Virus record (IMG/VR): IMGVR_UViG_3300033183_000125
Location: 1 to 60,205 of that record
DNA from: a virus
Taxonomy: Duplodnaviria > Caudoviricetes
DNA length: 60,205 bases
Strand: one strand, 5' to 3'
In this document: one piece after another, positions 37,401-47,107 of the stretch
How the letters are laid out: every line of letters starts with the position of its first letter
Numbering within the stretch: position 1 is the first letter of the stretch
The notes under the pieces: model-generated
What the model was told of the DNA's origin: nothing
What the model saw: the letters and a program-made list of their open reading frames with translations, nothing else
The model's database searches: none
Program-made: the position numbers and the translations under genes

Positions 37401-40400
37401 AAGTGCCAGAGGGGTTCAGTGGCCGCACTTTCACAACAATACGCACCGTAAAAGATGGCAAGACATTCTTATACGACGCATCTGAAAGCGCACGCATCCA
37501 GCTTGACGTATCTAAGCTAGAAAACAACACCTCAAAGGCTCGTGCTTTTGATGAGGAGTTAAGAGATCGTAGCATCGAAGCGGCTCAACGTGCCAAAGAC
37601 GAAGGCAGAACCAACGTACTAGACCCACGAGAGCTTGAGGAAGTCACAAAAGAAATTCGTCTTGCGGAAGGCGCAGTTGCTAGAGCAACCAAAGCATACG
37701 ACCAGCAGATTGACGACGGAATAAATATCGACACACCTGGTTACATTGAAGCTGTCCAGAGAATGGAGGACAACCCAGACGGCCCACAAGACTTGCTGTC
37801 TGACCTCGAAGACCAAGTGCTTTCCAAGTACAGCGACAAGTTGGACGAAGCTAATGACAGGCTAAAGGCGGCTCTAAAGCGTGCAAAAGCCCTGACTGGC
37901 TCGAAAGGGACAGACGCAGAAACTATCAAGCTGGACTTGAAAGAGAAGTATGAGCCTCTCGTATACACAGACAAGGCCACAGTAGTAGCTAACAAAATCG
38001 AAGCTGACCGTTCGTCTCATGTACGCCGTTACGCAGAAGTGCAGGCCCGCCTGCGTGGTATCAATTCCGATCTGCGTGCCGCAGAGCGTCAAGGTAATGC
38101 TGAGAAAGCTGTCGCCCTGAAGAAGGAGCGTGCCAAGCTAAACAAGCGTGCTAAAGAAGTGATGAACTTGATGACGCCTGCTGACCGCAAGCGTCTTGAA
38201 GCAGACAACGCAACTGCCGCTATTCAAGCTCTGGGCAAATTGAAGCGCGAACTTTATAAGGCTCGTAATGCAGACGCTCAAAGCAAGGCAGACATCCCAC
38301 AAGATGAGCTTATCAGAGAGACGGAAGAAATATTCAACGTCAATCTCTCTGAAGAAGAGTTGTCTCGTGCAGAGTATTACGCCAACCAGGAAGAGTTGGC
38401 CAGCCTAGCGTACCAAGAAATGCAGGGAGAACTGGCTCACTTGCATGAACACAGTCAGGGTATGCCTAAAGAAGAGGTTGCCGCTTCTGCACGTCAAATT
38501 GTTGACAACGCCAAAGACAAGATTCAGGCATCCAAGCCTGACACACGCCCTAAAGGCGAGCCAGAAGCTCACATTGTCCAGATCGGCAAGCGTGCTTACA
38601 ACTTAGCGAAAGACGTTCAGTACCAAAAAATATCTGGTGACACTACTAAGTTCTTCGTCGCTGGGCGGGAAATGGGTTCTGTCAAAGAGTTCACTTCTGC
38701 CGACGGCGAAAAGACTTACAGGATCACTCGTCGTGACGGCGACAAGATTGTGTCAGACATGGCGTCCAACAGAGTGGAACTTTACAAGAAGCTGGCACAG
38801 CAGTTGAAGAAAGAACTAGATGGAGTTCTTTCTTCAAACAATGTCCCAGAAGAACGTGGTTTTGCTTCGTCGCCTACAGAAATCCCAGACTACCACAACA
38901 CACAGCGCTACGCTTCAGTCGAAGATGCGCCTCTCCAGGCGCAGTCATCCGACCCGATCTCGGTCGCCGACACCACTAAGCCGCAAGACCGTGGTGTAAG
39001 TCAAGATATGATGCCCGAAGGCAAGCTAGTGGCAATTCAAATCATTGACCCGAAGCACCCAGATTATGGCAAAAACAAAGGCACTCGCGTCATCAATCAA
39101 ACAAGCAAAAAAGGTGCGCCTCCTCAGACATCATCGTCTCAAATTGCTGGTGGGTTGAAACCAGGCCAGTTCGTAGTCGGGTCTGTCGATAGTGTAAATT
39201 CAAACGGTGGCCCAGTTAAGTCTGGCACAGTAGCCGCCGTCAAAACATTCCGCCCACTAAACCCTGACGACGAGTTCGTAGGGTTCAGCGGCCAGCGCAT
39301 GACTGGTCGTCAGGCTGGCGAAACTGAGCCGTTGATCGCCCCAGAAAATATCGACTTACCTAGCTCTCCTCGCGCTCGTGAGAACAGGGCGACCCATGTA
39401 AATGAGTTGGACAACATAGAACTCAACATGGCTAACGTATCACCAGCCCTAACACGGAATGGGATGCCTGCAACTGTTCGCACTGCTGGAGACTTACAGC
39501 GGTTCCTTGCTGACATGGAAGACGTGCAGTGGGATCGCTTCGAGAACATTGACCAGTTCGATACTTTCACAGAAGCGCTTGCGGCTGGGTATGAAACCCT
39601 AGCTATGTATGCGCCAAATGGTGTGAAGCTACCTAATCAGAAGCGCTCGCAATCATACAAGCAACTTAACGAGATGCTTGCTGGTAAAGACCAGAGAGAA
39701 ATATCTGAAATACTGAGCATCTTCAACATGATAGCTGGCTCTGAAAACAGACAGGGCGCAATGCTTGAAAGCGCCATGCCAGTATTTGATAAGGCCGAGC
39801 GGTACGGGTTCAAGCAACCTGGCCGCCACATGGCAAAAGACAAACAGTCAAACAGCATACTGATCGGCACATCTAACAAGCAGACAGACGCCATGAACTT
39901 TGCCCATGAGATGGCTCATTGGGCTTACCAGAACATGATGACGCCAGCAGAGCGTCTGGAGTTCTGGCAAATTGCTAGAGGCTACGTCGGCACAGAAGGT
40001 GCTGACATTGGCGCACTGAAGAAGCGTTTGCCAGGCATCAGCAAAGGTGAAATCCGTAGCCCATCAGAGTTCTTCGCTAACCAGTTTGCTATGTATGTAG
40101 CCAACCGCCGTCAAATGGCGCAGGCAAGCCTGCTGACACGCCTGTTCCAAGACATCGGAAGAAAGGCTGAGAGCCTTGTTCGTCGCCTCATGGGTATGGA
40201 CGATACCCTAGACGAGAAATTGGTTCAGATGTTTGACCGCATTATGCCAGATCCGTTCGATGCCGCTGACAGCGTGTCTTCTGGCCGAAGAATGGCCAAC
40301 CAGTTTGACGAGATATTAGCCAAAGCCAACGGTAAAGGCTCTTCGTCTGCAAGGATGGCGGCACAACAGCTACATGACTTGCGCTCTATCCAGCTAGAAC

Positions 40401-43400
40401 TGGAACAAGTACTGCTAGAAGGCGGTGCTATGGGGCATGACGCACGCATCCTCGCCGACGTACTTGAGCGTGCCGCCAAAAAAATATACGGCAAGTTCGG
40501 TGGACGCCCAGGAACACGCCAGCACGCTAGTCGTACAGACATCAACGGCAACGTAGTCGAGGGCGGCAAGCGTGTCACTATGCTCGACAGCTATGACAAG
40601 GGCGGTAATCCTCTATACGACAACTCTAAAGCAGAAATCACCTTGCCAAATGGTAAGGTCGTTAAGCCGTTCAAATACATGGACAGCCGCATCGCTCGTG
40701 GCCGTATGCTCGGCATGTCTTACAAGATTATGCGGTTCCTGAACGATGAGAACTTCTCTAACGCTCTGTCAAAGCTAGACGCATCAGATCTAACAGACCA
40801 AGAGATCAATGCAGAACTGGCACGGCTGATCGCAACGCAGGAAGATGGTGGGATGATGTCAATCCCAGACGAGGTTGCCGCATTTGCGAGCGATAACAGC
40901 GGCACACTGGCAAGCTCGTTCGATACTGAAGCGGCAATTCTGCGCTCAATCTCGGAGAAGACTGACGCAGACGGTAAGCTGTCAGCGCTTATGGTTCAGC
41001 AAGCAAACGACATGATCGTTGCTCTGGACTTAGGCATTGACGAGTTTATCCGTATCTACAACACCAACTTCCGCAGTACGAATGGCGTTGCACCTAGCAT
41101 CGACAAGGTTGGCCGTGTCTACAAAAGTGGTAATGCGACTACTCAGAAGTATGTCAAGCGTGTCGAGAAAAAGGCACAGGACATGGCTATCAAGGTCGCC
41201 AACTCTATCAACGACGCTGTTGACACCGTGTTCGGAAACTCAACCGTCGCAGACGTAGACCCACCAGTGACACGTAATCTCAAGGAGATGAACAACCAAG
41301 AGATTATGATGCGTATCAATGACTTAAAGGCCAACGATACGCCAGAACTGCGTGAGCTAAAACAAGAACTTTACCATCGTATCAACGCTCGCCCAGAAGA
41401 CGCCGCGATGGAGCTAACGCCGACAACCGCCGTGATGGTTAAGCGGTTGATGGACATAGACCTATCGGACGTAGGTGCAAAGAAGAAGTTTCTTTCCGAC
41501 TACTTCTACAAAGCCCTCGACATGGGTGACTATCAACTGGCCGAAAACGTAGTCCATATGATGGTCACCTACAAGCAAGAAGCTGGTGTGCCAGTTAAGT
41601 CTAGCTTGGTCGGCAGAGCATTAGATATTGAGGCGGCGCAACGTAGCACTCCTGACATGGAGAACGGTGTGCCAGGTGATGCGCCAGCGGCTGTCAAGGA
41701 AGTCCTTACTAAGCTAACCCACCGCGACAAGCGTGTTGAGTACACAGCCCGCACCATGATGTACCGTATGCTCAACATGATGGGCAGAACTGCTACTGAA
41801 CTGGTCAGAGACAAAACCACGTTTATGACAACCGAAGACTTGTTCAGGCTTTCTGGCGAACCTATGCCAGCAGGGGCAAAGGCAGGGTTTGCGGAGGCCG
41901 CCAACCTAAAGGGTGAGCCTTTCAACACCACTCGGAAACAACTGCGGCAGTTCGCTATTGGCATTACAAACGGTTCGACAGACCCAATCGACATTATGCA
42001 CGAGATCGGCCACATGGTCAGCCGTGCAACATTTGACGACGTTGACAGAGACCACATGCTCAAAGGGTTCAACGAGGCTCTGAAGAGTAACCAGCCAGCG
42101 GCTATCGAAATACAAAAGCGCTACAGCCAAATAGAAAACTACACTGACAACGACGTTGCAGAGGAATGGTTTGTAGAAGGTTGGGGTCAGTGGATGGCGG
42201 AAAAGGTTGCGAAAGGCAACATATACGACATCCGCTTCGGCAATGGCGACATCGGCGACCTTACAGTTAAAAACTATCTGCTAGAGCTTGCCGACCGTTT
42301 GTGGGAATACGTTGCTTATGTCACGAATGGTTTGATACGCAACAAGTCTGTACGTCAGATGTACCGACAGATGCTGTATCATGGTGATATGTTTGCTGGT
42401 AAGCGCAAGGTGAACCCAGTCAAGACACTGGTAAATGCCACGCAGTTCCCAGCAGTCAACCCAGCACTGGCCAAGCCATACGCTAGACAGGTACTTAGCT
42501 CCATGAGTAACGAGAAGCGCCTGCTTCTTCGTGAATACTTAGGCGCGGGGCCAGACGAAGACTTAGCAGACTACATCGAATACCACGGCACTCCTGTCAT
42601 GGATCAGTTCGATAGAGTTCGCAACCCAGACACATACCTAATCCCTTCTGATGATGGACTGTTTGGGCCAGGGGTCTATACCACACGCAACCTAGACTAC
42701 GCTGGCGGTTACGCCGAGCGTACAGCGCCAGACGCTTACCGCAATATGGCTAAAGACCTAGAAGGTGAAAAGGCTGAAGCGGCAGAAGCAATCATAAAGC
42801 AGATAGAAGCTCTGCAAGAAAAGCTCGAAGATGCACACTGGCACGCTGAAGGGGACGCTGGGTACGCTAGGGTGGCCCACTACTCTAGCAAACTAGAGGC
42901 CGCTACAGAGGCGTTCGCTCGCCTAACTGGAAACAAAAAGTCTCCAGGCGTCATGCCTATGTTTGTCCGCACAAAGAACCATATCGACTTGCGCTCTAGC
43001 AAGCGGTTTGATTACGGGTCTGGCGAGACTAGCGACGTTAGCTCTTTACTCTCTTCAGCCCAGCGTCGTGGGTATATTAACCAGATGCAACGCCAGCAAA
43101 TAGCTGACTTCCTTGAAACAGATGGCGTAGACGGCGATGAGTTCTACGAAATCATGGTCAATGCTATGGCAGACAGCAGTGCCGATAACTTTAGGTTTGT
43201 AAAACCAGAACTCCAACCTAACGGCAGGAAGCGCTTTTCTCAGTTCCTCAAGGATGAGGGGTACGAAGGCATAATATCCAACAGCAGTGCTGGCTCTCAG
43301 TTCGAGGAAACAATTACGTTCGACCCGAACAACATGAAGCATATCGAAGCAGACTTCTTCGACAGTGACAGACGCGGCATGTACTACAGTGTGCTTGGCG

Positions 43401-46138
43401 ACGAAGGAACTGTCGGTCTTGCGGGCGATGCTCTGCAACAAATGGAACTGCGCGGACAACCAATTAACTTAGACGACATGGTTGGCGTGGCTAGACAACT
43501 GCAAGAGGCTGGTATGCCAGACCTTGTTGCGCCAGTTCGTAGAATGTTGCGTAAGGAACTGCCAACAGCAAGTGATGTAGATGCAGTCAAGAAGTCATCA
43601 ACGGTATTCGGATACTTCAGAGAGAACAGCACCAAGCTAAGAGAGGCTGGTGCAACGTGGCTTGGCGATTACATTAAACCGCAGAACGGTGCAGGCGTTT
43701 ACGAGCGTCACGACGTAGACCTTGCAGATAAAGTCATGCCTATAATGAACGCCCTGAAGCAACTGCCAGATAACAAGAACTGGGCTACTAGATGGTCTCG
43801 CCGTTCACTGGCATTTCTGCCAAACAGGATTACAGGCAAGGTAAATCTCGAAAATATGCCGCCGTCTCACAAGCGTATTCTTGGCGCTATTCGTCGTGGA
43901 GAGGCAGAGGTGCGTAAGCTGGATGCACAAGAACAGCGTGCGGCTAGGTTGATCATTGCTGAGTTTGAAGCAGAGCGCCAGCGTATGGTTGCTCTCAACA
44001 TACCAGTAGGTGACGCTCGTCGCGGGCCTGGTAGTTACTATGTGCCACAGCAATGGGACATAGAGTTAATTAGGCAGAACCCATCGAAAGCAAAGAAGGC
44101 TTTTGCACAGTTCTTCTTTGAGGAAAGCCGTCGCCCAGACTTTGAAGCCAATAGGTTGGACGCCGCTGAAGCGCACAAAAAGTCCGAAGACTTTATCAAC
44201 AGCCTCATGGACAGCGATGGAGAGGTTTATGGGGATGACGTATTACGTCGTGCCGTCGGCGATCCATTCTATAATCGCGTAATCAACCTTGATCCAGAGC
44301 AGTATGACTTTATGGATGCGTTCTTGGTCAACGACTTAGAAGGGCTACTCGCAAAATACTTTGACAGCACAACGCGAAAGATTGCGTTGACTGACAGGTT
44401 CGGTGTTGCTGGTCACGGCTTCTCAGCCTACATGAACGTAGCTAAAGAAGGCGTAACAGGTGCATTAAAGACACTGCGCTCAAGCAAAAAAGTGGTCTAC
44501 AAATACCGCCAGTATCAGGAGGAAGCGCCTGTTGAGCAGATGCTAGTGCCAGCTTTAAGACTGCTGGACAACGAAGCAGACAACCTGATGAGAAGCATAC
44601 AACTGGCTCTGCAAGACGGGGCTAGGATAGACGAAGCAAAGCGGATGTTGCTGGCTCACTACGACCCAGCAGACCAAGCCGACCCAAATCTACTTATTAG
44701 GGTTGATGCAATTATCAACGGCCTCAAGGACTTCCCTCAAGGTGGGATTGACACAAACACAGCAACACTAGCAGAGCGGATGATGGACATATTGAACAAG
44801 CGTCCGCTTAAAAAGTTTGCTGAAAACCAGTTTGAGTACAAGGTATCTCGCACAGTCAAGGCATTTAACTCTGTATCATTGCTGGCTTTCACAACCCTTA
44901 CATCTTTGGGTGACTTGGGTATGCCTTTGATACGCTCTGGCAACTTCAAAGCATACTCAAAAGCTATGACCAGATACATGTCAGACCCAGACTACAGAGC
45001 CGCCGCCAAGAACATCGGCGTTGGTATTGAGAACCTACTCCATGACCGCATGGTTCAGATGGCTGGTGAAGGTTCACAGAAACTACAAAACAGCTTCTTT
45101 AACTTCACACTACTAACGCCCTGGACAAACATGAACCGTGAGATCGCAGGCATGGTAGGCTTTGAAGCCTTCAAGTCAGAGATTGCGAGAGCAAGAAAAC
45201 TGGCGGCGGCTGGACAGAAGCAAAGCCCTGCGTATCAAACCGCCGAGCGTTTCCTGAAGCGGTACGGTATGACAGGGGAAGGCGCAAGTGTGGACTTCCT
45301 ATCTGAAAACAGCCCGATGCTTGGCGACATAAAAGACACGGACATGGCGGCTAACAAGCAGTTGCGGTATGCGCTACTGCGGTTCACTAACGAAACCATT
45401 TTCACTCCGAACCCTAATGACATACCACTGTTTTTCCAGACACCGTGGGGGTCTATGCTGTTCCAGCTAAAGAGCTTCCAGTTGATGATGGCTCGCATGG
45501 GTAAGTACGTCATAGACGAGTGGAAGGCTGGCAACAGAGCGCCAGCCGCATATTTAGTAACAGCAGGCGTAGGTTTAGGCTTCGCCAGTGCGGCGTCTAA
45601 AGACTACGTTCAGTCTCGTGGTGGCGAGGACAACGAACAGCGTGCTTTGAGAGAGCGCCGCATTAGTAAGTCCGTGTTCGCGCCGATTGCTAGTGCTGTC
45701 GGTGTAGAAGATGACAGCATGACTGACGAAGTTCTAGGTAACTACCTTGAAGGCATGATGGCTATAGGTGGATTCGGTCTATTTGGCGAGCTTATGTACA
45801 ACACAGCAGAGCAGGCTGACAACGGTAAGTACGGATTTGTCAGAACAGTAGGGGCTTTCTTAGGCCCGTCTGTAGGCGTTGCCGAAGATGCTTATGACGT
45901 ATTCATCGCTGGCCCTGCTGGTTACATGAACGACGAAGAAGGGAAGAACGCTCGCCGTCGTGAGGCGGTGCGTTCAGTAGTTGGTCGTATCCCAATAGCT
46001 GGTGGCATACGTAGCTTCAAAGAGGGGGTCGTTGACAGCGTAGCTGGCGAGGCGGGAACTGGAGGCAAGAAGAAAAAACAGGCATCTAAGTTTGGAGGCA
46101 ATAGCTTCTCAGGTGGCTTTGGGAAGGATGGTTTCTGA
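34448..46138 (+). CDS. Giant polyvalent internal virion protein (two zincin-like HExxH domains, ADP-ribosyltransferase-like domain)
   Basis: 3896 aa. FAHEMAH..SEFFA (~39900), MHEIGH..EEWFVE (~42000), YHGT..GLFGPGVY.T....A..YA..GYEGII..E.ITFDP (42581-43340). Gly/Ala-rich membrane-like N-terminus. Confidence 0.8.
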   Translation: MPYEHKGKGLNKYTGNTGRTEGYTSQDYASNLNEDTAKNLLGDNRFLKDLYDYYGQRDGKSFSTSDEAIEYYLNDRRWRNNNTISIGRDVYDAYSANDAQAMRLARIQQVYDALPFGVDGGLEAVAETGAAMLSDPLNLIGFGAGGQAARLAAGTAAKQAGKHITKGAITRQALGSAAKAGFVGEAVAGGITEGIADIGIQNRNVALGLQDDVSLLRAGGAALQGAAFSGAIGVPMGLAGAVAPTGLLGKARDGKIMGSVFDDKNARKAGKQGVAQLSREGLEQLSEKVGTNMDLNSIRRGMADAAVNRTGRVTPDGGLQLKPSVRGDLSETEATPDWGQAGEAEVMSGIEDKVKQELEEHRAAREEARQEGNTQEADRIEGEDIGAAQRKIDRINWINQWPRTREKLQAQANELTANLQAEGKTGSTPELDDLNKRIRNGDNAYGDFVAQSRTELQNGGSMAADRIDSILESPNELLDEAVQGEGFTVAPVATTGTGQRVSLDQDTRPGQQEQFRPQPQEQDAQTATPEPEQEAPTGGAQAEPEAPTTDERLAQINSRLDGRKKGSIAYERKRLEREMAQMPETLEDGTQNPERLTLQNRMDAIEQEAISLKEEQQSLATRQAEEAKQANDDILNENPEQPAQETVLAEDTAQPEAAQAQTTQAPEPVIDVNTQITDFIDNEFEPTLANIRFEFISLGMERPAVDAIIASLPRGKSKAATEARREVFRETVNIVRGQREWQGILNRSQGLTGAGDELFDETIADALIESTVGEALSEPTKNAHREWRKRGVARYAMDIENEFMGMATIDEMLEVVRNRHGEGGFYDMVAEFWANAQKGILPSPDDGMPQFVRQQIATLPKEMQVEWTAFREAAVRNLMKTGKLSEQSAKRLIATQMDAMLDRFLQMQAYQATDPLGNVYSTRMLATRGMRAIDIDEKAIKEGHGDHIGRVQHNLRNVTMGNGRPGSGRNISDKMVGRIQSFLREVPEGFSGRTFTTIRTVKDGKTFLYDASESARIQLDVSKLENNTSKARAFDEELRDRSIEAAQRAKDEGRTNVLDPRELEEVTKEIRLAEGAVARATKAYDQQIDDGINIDTPGYIEAVQRMEDNPDGPQDLLSDLEDQVLSKYSDKLDEANDRLKAALKRAKALTGSKGTDAETIKLDLKEKYEPLVYTDKATVVANKIEADRSSHVRRYAEVQARLRGINSDLRAAERQGNAEKAVALKKERAKLNKRAKEVMNLMTPADRKRLEADNATAAIQALGKLKRELYKARNADAQSKADIPQDELIRETEEIFNVNLSEEELSRAEYYANQEELASLAYQEMQGELAHLHEHSQGMPKEEVAASARQIVDNAKDKIQASKPDTRPKGEPEAHIVQIGKRAYNLAKDVQYQKISGDTTKFFVAGREMGSVKEFTSADGEKTYRITRRDGDKIVSDMASNRVELYKKLAQQLKKELDGVLSSNNVPEERGFASSPTEIPDYHNTQRYASVEDAPLQAQSSDPISVADTTKPQDRGVSQDMMPEGKLVAIQIIDPKHPDYGKNKGTRVINQTSKKGAPPQTSSSQIAGGLKPGQFVVGSVDSVNSNGGPVKSGTVAAVKTFRPLNPDDEFVGFSGQRMTGRQAGETEPLIAPENIDLPSSPRARENRATHVNELDNIELNMANVSPALTRNGMPATVRTAGDLQRFLADMEDVQWDRFENIDQFDTFTEALAAGYETLAMYAPNGVKLPNQKRSQSYKQLNEMLAGKDQREISEILSIFNMIAGSENRQGAMLESAMPVFDKAERYGFKQPGRHMAKDKQSNSILIGTSNKQTDAMNFAHEMAHWAYQNMMTPAERLEFWQIARGYVGTEGADIGALKKRLPGISKGEIRSPSEFFANQFAMYVANRRQMAQASLLTRLFQDIGRKAESLVRRLMGMDDTLDEKLVQMFDRIMPDPFDAADSVSSGRRMANQFDEILAKANGKGSSSARMAAQQLHDLRSIQLELEQVLLEGGAMGHDARILADVLERAAKKIYGKFGGRPGTRQHASRTDINGNVVEGGKRVTMLDSYDKGGNPLYDNSKAEITLPNGKVVKPFKYMDSRIARGRMLGMSYKIMRFLNDENFSNALSKLDASDLTDQEINAELARLIATQEDGGMMSIPDEVAAFASDNSGTLASSFDTEAAILRSISEKTDADGKLSALMVQQANDMIVALDLGIDEFIRIYNTNFRSTNGVAPSIDKVGRVYKSGNATTQKYVKRVEKKAQDMAIKVANSINDAVDTVFGNSTVADVDPPVTRNLKEMNNQEIMMRINDLKANDTPELRELKQELYHRINARPEDAAMELTPTTAVMVKRLMDIDLSDVGAKKKFLSDYFYKALDMGDYQLAENVVHMMVTYKQEAGVPVKSSLVGRALDIEAAQRSTPDMENGVPGDAPAAVKEVLTKLTHRDKRVEYTARTMMYRMLNMMGRTATELVRDKTTFMTTEDLFRLSGEPMPAGAKAGFAEAANLKGEPFNTTRKQLRQFAIGITNGSTDPIDIMHEIGHMVSRATFDDVDRDHMLKGFNEALKSNQPAAIEIQKRYSQIENYTDNDVAEEWFVEGWGQWMAEKVAKGNIYDIRFGNGDIGDLTVKNYLLELADRLWEYVAYVTNGLIRNKSVRQMYRQMLYHGDMFAGKRKVNPVKTLVNATQFPAVNPALAKPYARQVLSSMSNEKRLLLREYLGAGPDEDLADYIEYHGTPVMDQFDRVRNPDTYLIPSDDGLFGPGVYTTRNLDYAGGYAERTAPDAYRNMAKDLEGEKAEAAEAIIKQIEALQEKLEDAHWHAEGDAGYARVAHYSSKLEAATEAFARLTGNKKSPGVMPMFVRTKNHIDLRSSKRFDYGSGETSDVSSLLSSAQRRGYINQMQRQQIADFLETDGVDGDEFYEIMVNAMADSSADNFRFVKPELQPNGRKRFSQFLKDEGYEGIISNSSAGSQFEETITFDPNNMKHIEADFFDSDRRGMYYSVLGDEGTVGLAGDALQQMELRGQPINLDDMVGVARQLQEAGMPDLVAPVRRMLRKELPTASDVDAVKKSSTVFGYFRENSTKLREAGATWLGDYIKPQNGAGVYERHDVDLADKVMPIMNALKQLPDNKNWATRWSRRSLAFLPNRITGKVNLENMPPSHKRILGAIRRGEAEVRKLDAQEQRAARLIIAEFEAERQRMVALNIPVGDARRGPGSYYVPQQWDIELIRQNPSKAKKAFAQFFFEESRRPDFEANRLDAAEAHKKSEDFINSLMDSDGEVYGDDVLRRAVGDPFYNRVINLDPEQYDFMDAFLVNDLEGLLAKYFDSTTRKIALTDRFGVAGHGFSAYMNVAKEGVTGALKTLRSSKKVVYKYRQYQEEAPVEQMLVPALRLLDNEADNLMRSIQLALQDGARIDEAKRMLLAHYDPADQADPNLLIRVDAIINGLKDFPQGGIDTNTATLAERMMDILNKRPLKKFAENQFEYKVSRTVKAFNSVSLLAFTTLTSLGDLGMPLIRSGNFKAYSKAMTRYMSDPDYRAAAKNIGVGIENLLHDRMVQMAGEGSQKLQNSFFNFTLLTPWTNMNREIAGMVGFEAFKSEIARARKLAAAGQKQSPAYQTAERFLKRYGMTGEGASVDFLSENSPMLGDIKDTDMAANKQLRYALLRFTNETIFTPNPNDIPLFFQTPWGSMLFQLKSFQLMMARMGKYVIDEWKAGNRAPAAYLVTAGVGLGFASAASKDYVQSRGGEDNEQRALRERRISKSVFAPIASAVGVEDDSMTDEVLGNYLEGMMAIGGFGLFGELMYNTAEQADNGKYGFVRTVGAFLGPSVGVAEDAYDVFIAGPAGYMNDEEGKNARRREAVRSVVGRIPIAGGIRSFKEGVVDSVAGEAGTGGKKKKQASKFGGNSFSGGFGKDGF

Positions 46139-46344
46139 TGATGTGGAAGGCCGTACTACTAGCGTGCGTCATAGGCAGTGAGACAGATTGCTTAGAACTG
46201 CATGACCAGCGCGGCCCTTACGCAACACAGGAGCAATGTGTGAAACGTATCTACGAAATGGGGCCACTTGTTCACAAGCATATGCCGCCATACGTACCCG
46301 TCTCATATAAGTGCATCCCATTACCAAACGGTAGGTTAACATGA
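46138..46344 (+). CDS. Small Cys-containing secreted/membrane protein
   Basis: MWKAVLLAC..C..GPY.T.EQC...Y.C. Confidence 0.65.
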   Translation: MMWKAVLLACVIGSETDCLELHDQRGPYATQEQCVKRIYEMGPLVHKHMPPYVPVSYKCIPLPNGRLT

Positions 46345-46559
46345 GTGACAGAATGAAGCGCCTGCTCGCGCTCAACCTACTACCAAGACTAATGATGCTA
46401 ACCAGCACCGTCATGTCATGGCGTTGTGCTGAGTGGTTCATGTCGTTGGGAGACCCAAGCGCCAGTCAGAGTGCTTTCTGTAGCGTTATCATGGGCGTTT
46501 ACACAGGCGTTTTCGGAATATGGGTAGGTCATGAAGGAAAAGGGGCCGATACAAAATAA
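46341..46559 (+). CDS. Two-TM small membrane protein (lysis region)
   Basis: LLPRLMML...WFM.L..P..SQSAF.S hydrophobic pattern. Confidence 0.7.
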   Translation: MSDRMKRLLALNLLPRLMMLTSTVMSWRCAEWFMSLGDPSASQSAFCSVIMGVYTGVFGIWVGHEGKGADTK

Positions 46560-46719
46560 GCTGGATAACAACCAGTGTCCAAGATGTTACTGCAATCTGC
46601 CAGCGGTAGAGGTGCATGGACATATACAATGCCAAGTTTGCCACCTCTACATCTCAGAGTGTTGCAACGGAGAAACAGGAGAGACAGATGTTATCTGCAC
46701 TAATCGGGCCAGTAAGTAG
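46531..46719 (+). CDS. Small zinc-ribbon protein
   Basis: CPRC...VHGHIQCQVC...ECCNGE. Confidence 0.55.
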   Translation: MKEKGPIQNKLDNNQCPRCYCNLPAVEVHGHIQCQVCHLYISECCNGETGETDVICTNRASK

Positions 46720-47107
46720 TTTACTGGACAAGTTCATACCAGACGCTGATACCAAGCAGAAGTTGGCGCACGACATAGCGACGATGGCACAAAAACATGC
46801 TCACGAAGCCGCAATGTCTCAGGTCGAAGCTAACGTAGCGCAGGCCAAGCACGCATCAATGTTCGTTGCGGGGGCTAGGCCAGCCATCATGTGGATATGT
46901 GCGCTCGGACTACTAACCAACTTCTTCATTCTGCCTCTGGCCGAGTGGGGTACGGCTGTATTCGCGCCTGATATTCCAATGCCAGAGTTTGAGCAACTGC
47001 AATCAGGTGAACTTATGAGCTTAACCCTAGCATTGTTGGGGCTTGGTGGCATGAGAAGCTGGGAAAAAACAAGGGGCGTAGCCAGGAAGAACATGAAGGA
47101 TGAGTGA
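46688..47107 (+). CDS. Holin (GTA-type 3TM family)
   Basis: MLSALIGPVSSLLDKFIPD, FVAGARPAIMW, LLGLGGMRSWEK. Start 46688 after AGGAG. Adjacent to the endolysin. Confidence 0.85.
   Translation: MLSALIGPVSSLLDKFIPDADTKQKLAHDIATMAQKHAHEAAMSQVEANVAQAKHASMFVAGARPAIMWICALGLLTNFFILPLAEWGTAVFAPDIPMPEFEQLQSGELMSLTLALLGLGGMRSWEKTRGVARKNMKDE

Noticed and set aside
22232-44592. Other CUGANGA matches as hammerheads (e.g. 22232 minus, 36092, 44585)
   Set aside because: They are in coding sequence and lack a stem II-GAAA and flanking stems.
34448-46138. Giant ORF as an N4- or crAss-like virion RNA polymerase
   Set aside because: The size is similar, but I found no convincing RNAP catalytic motif. HExxH and ART motifs point to a polyvalent protein.
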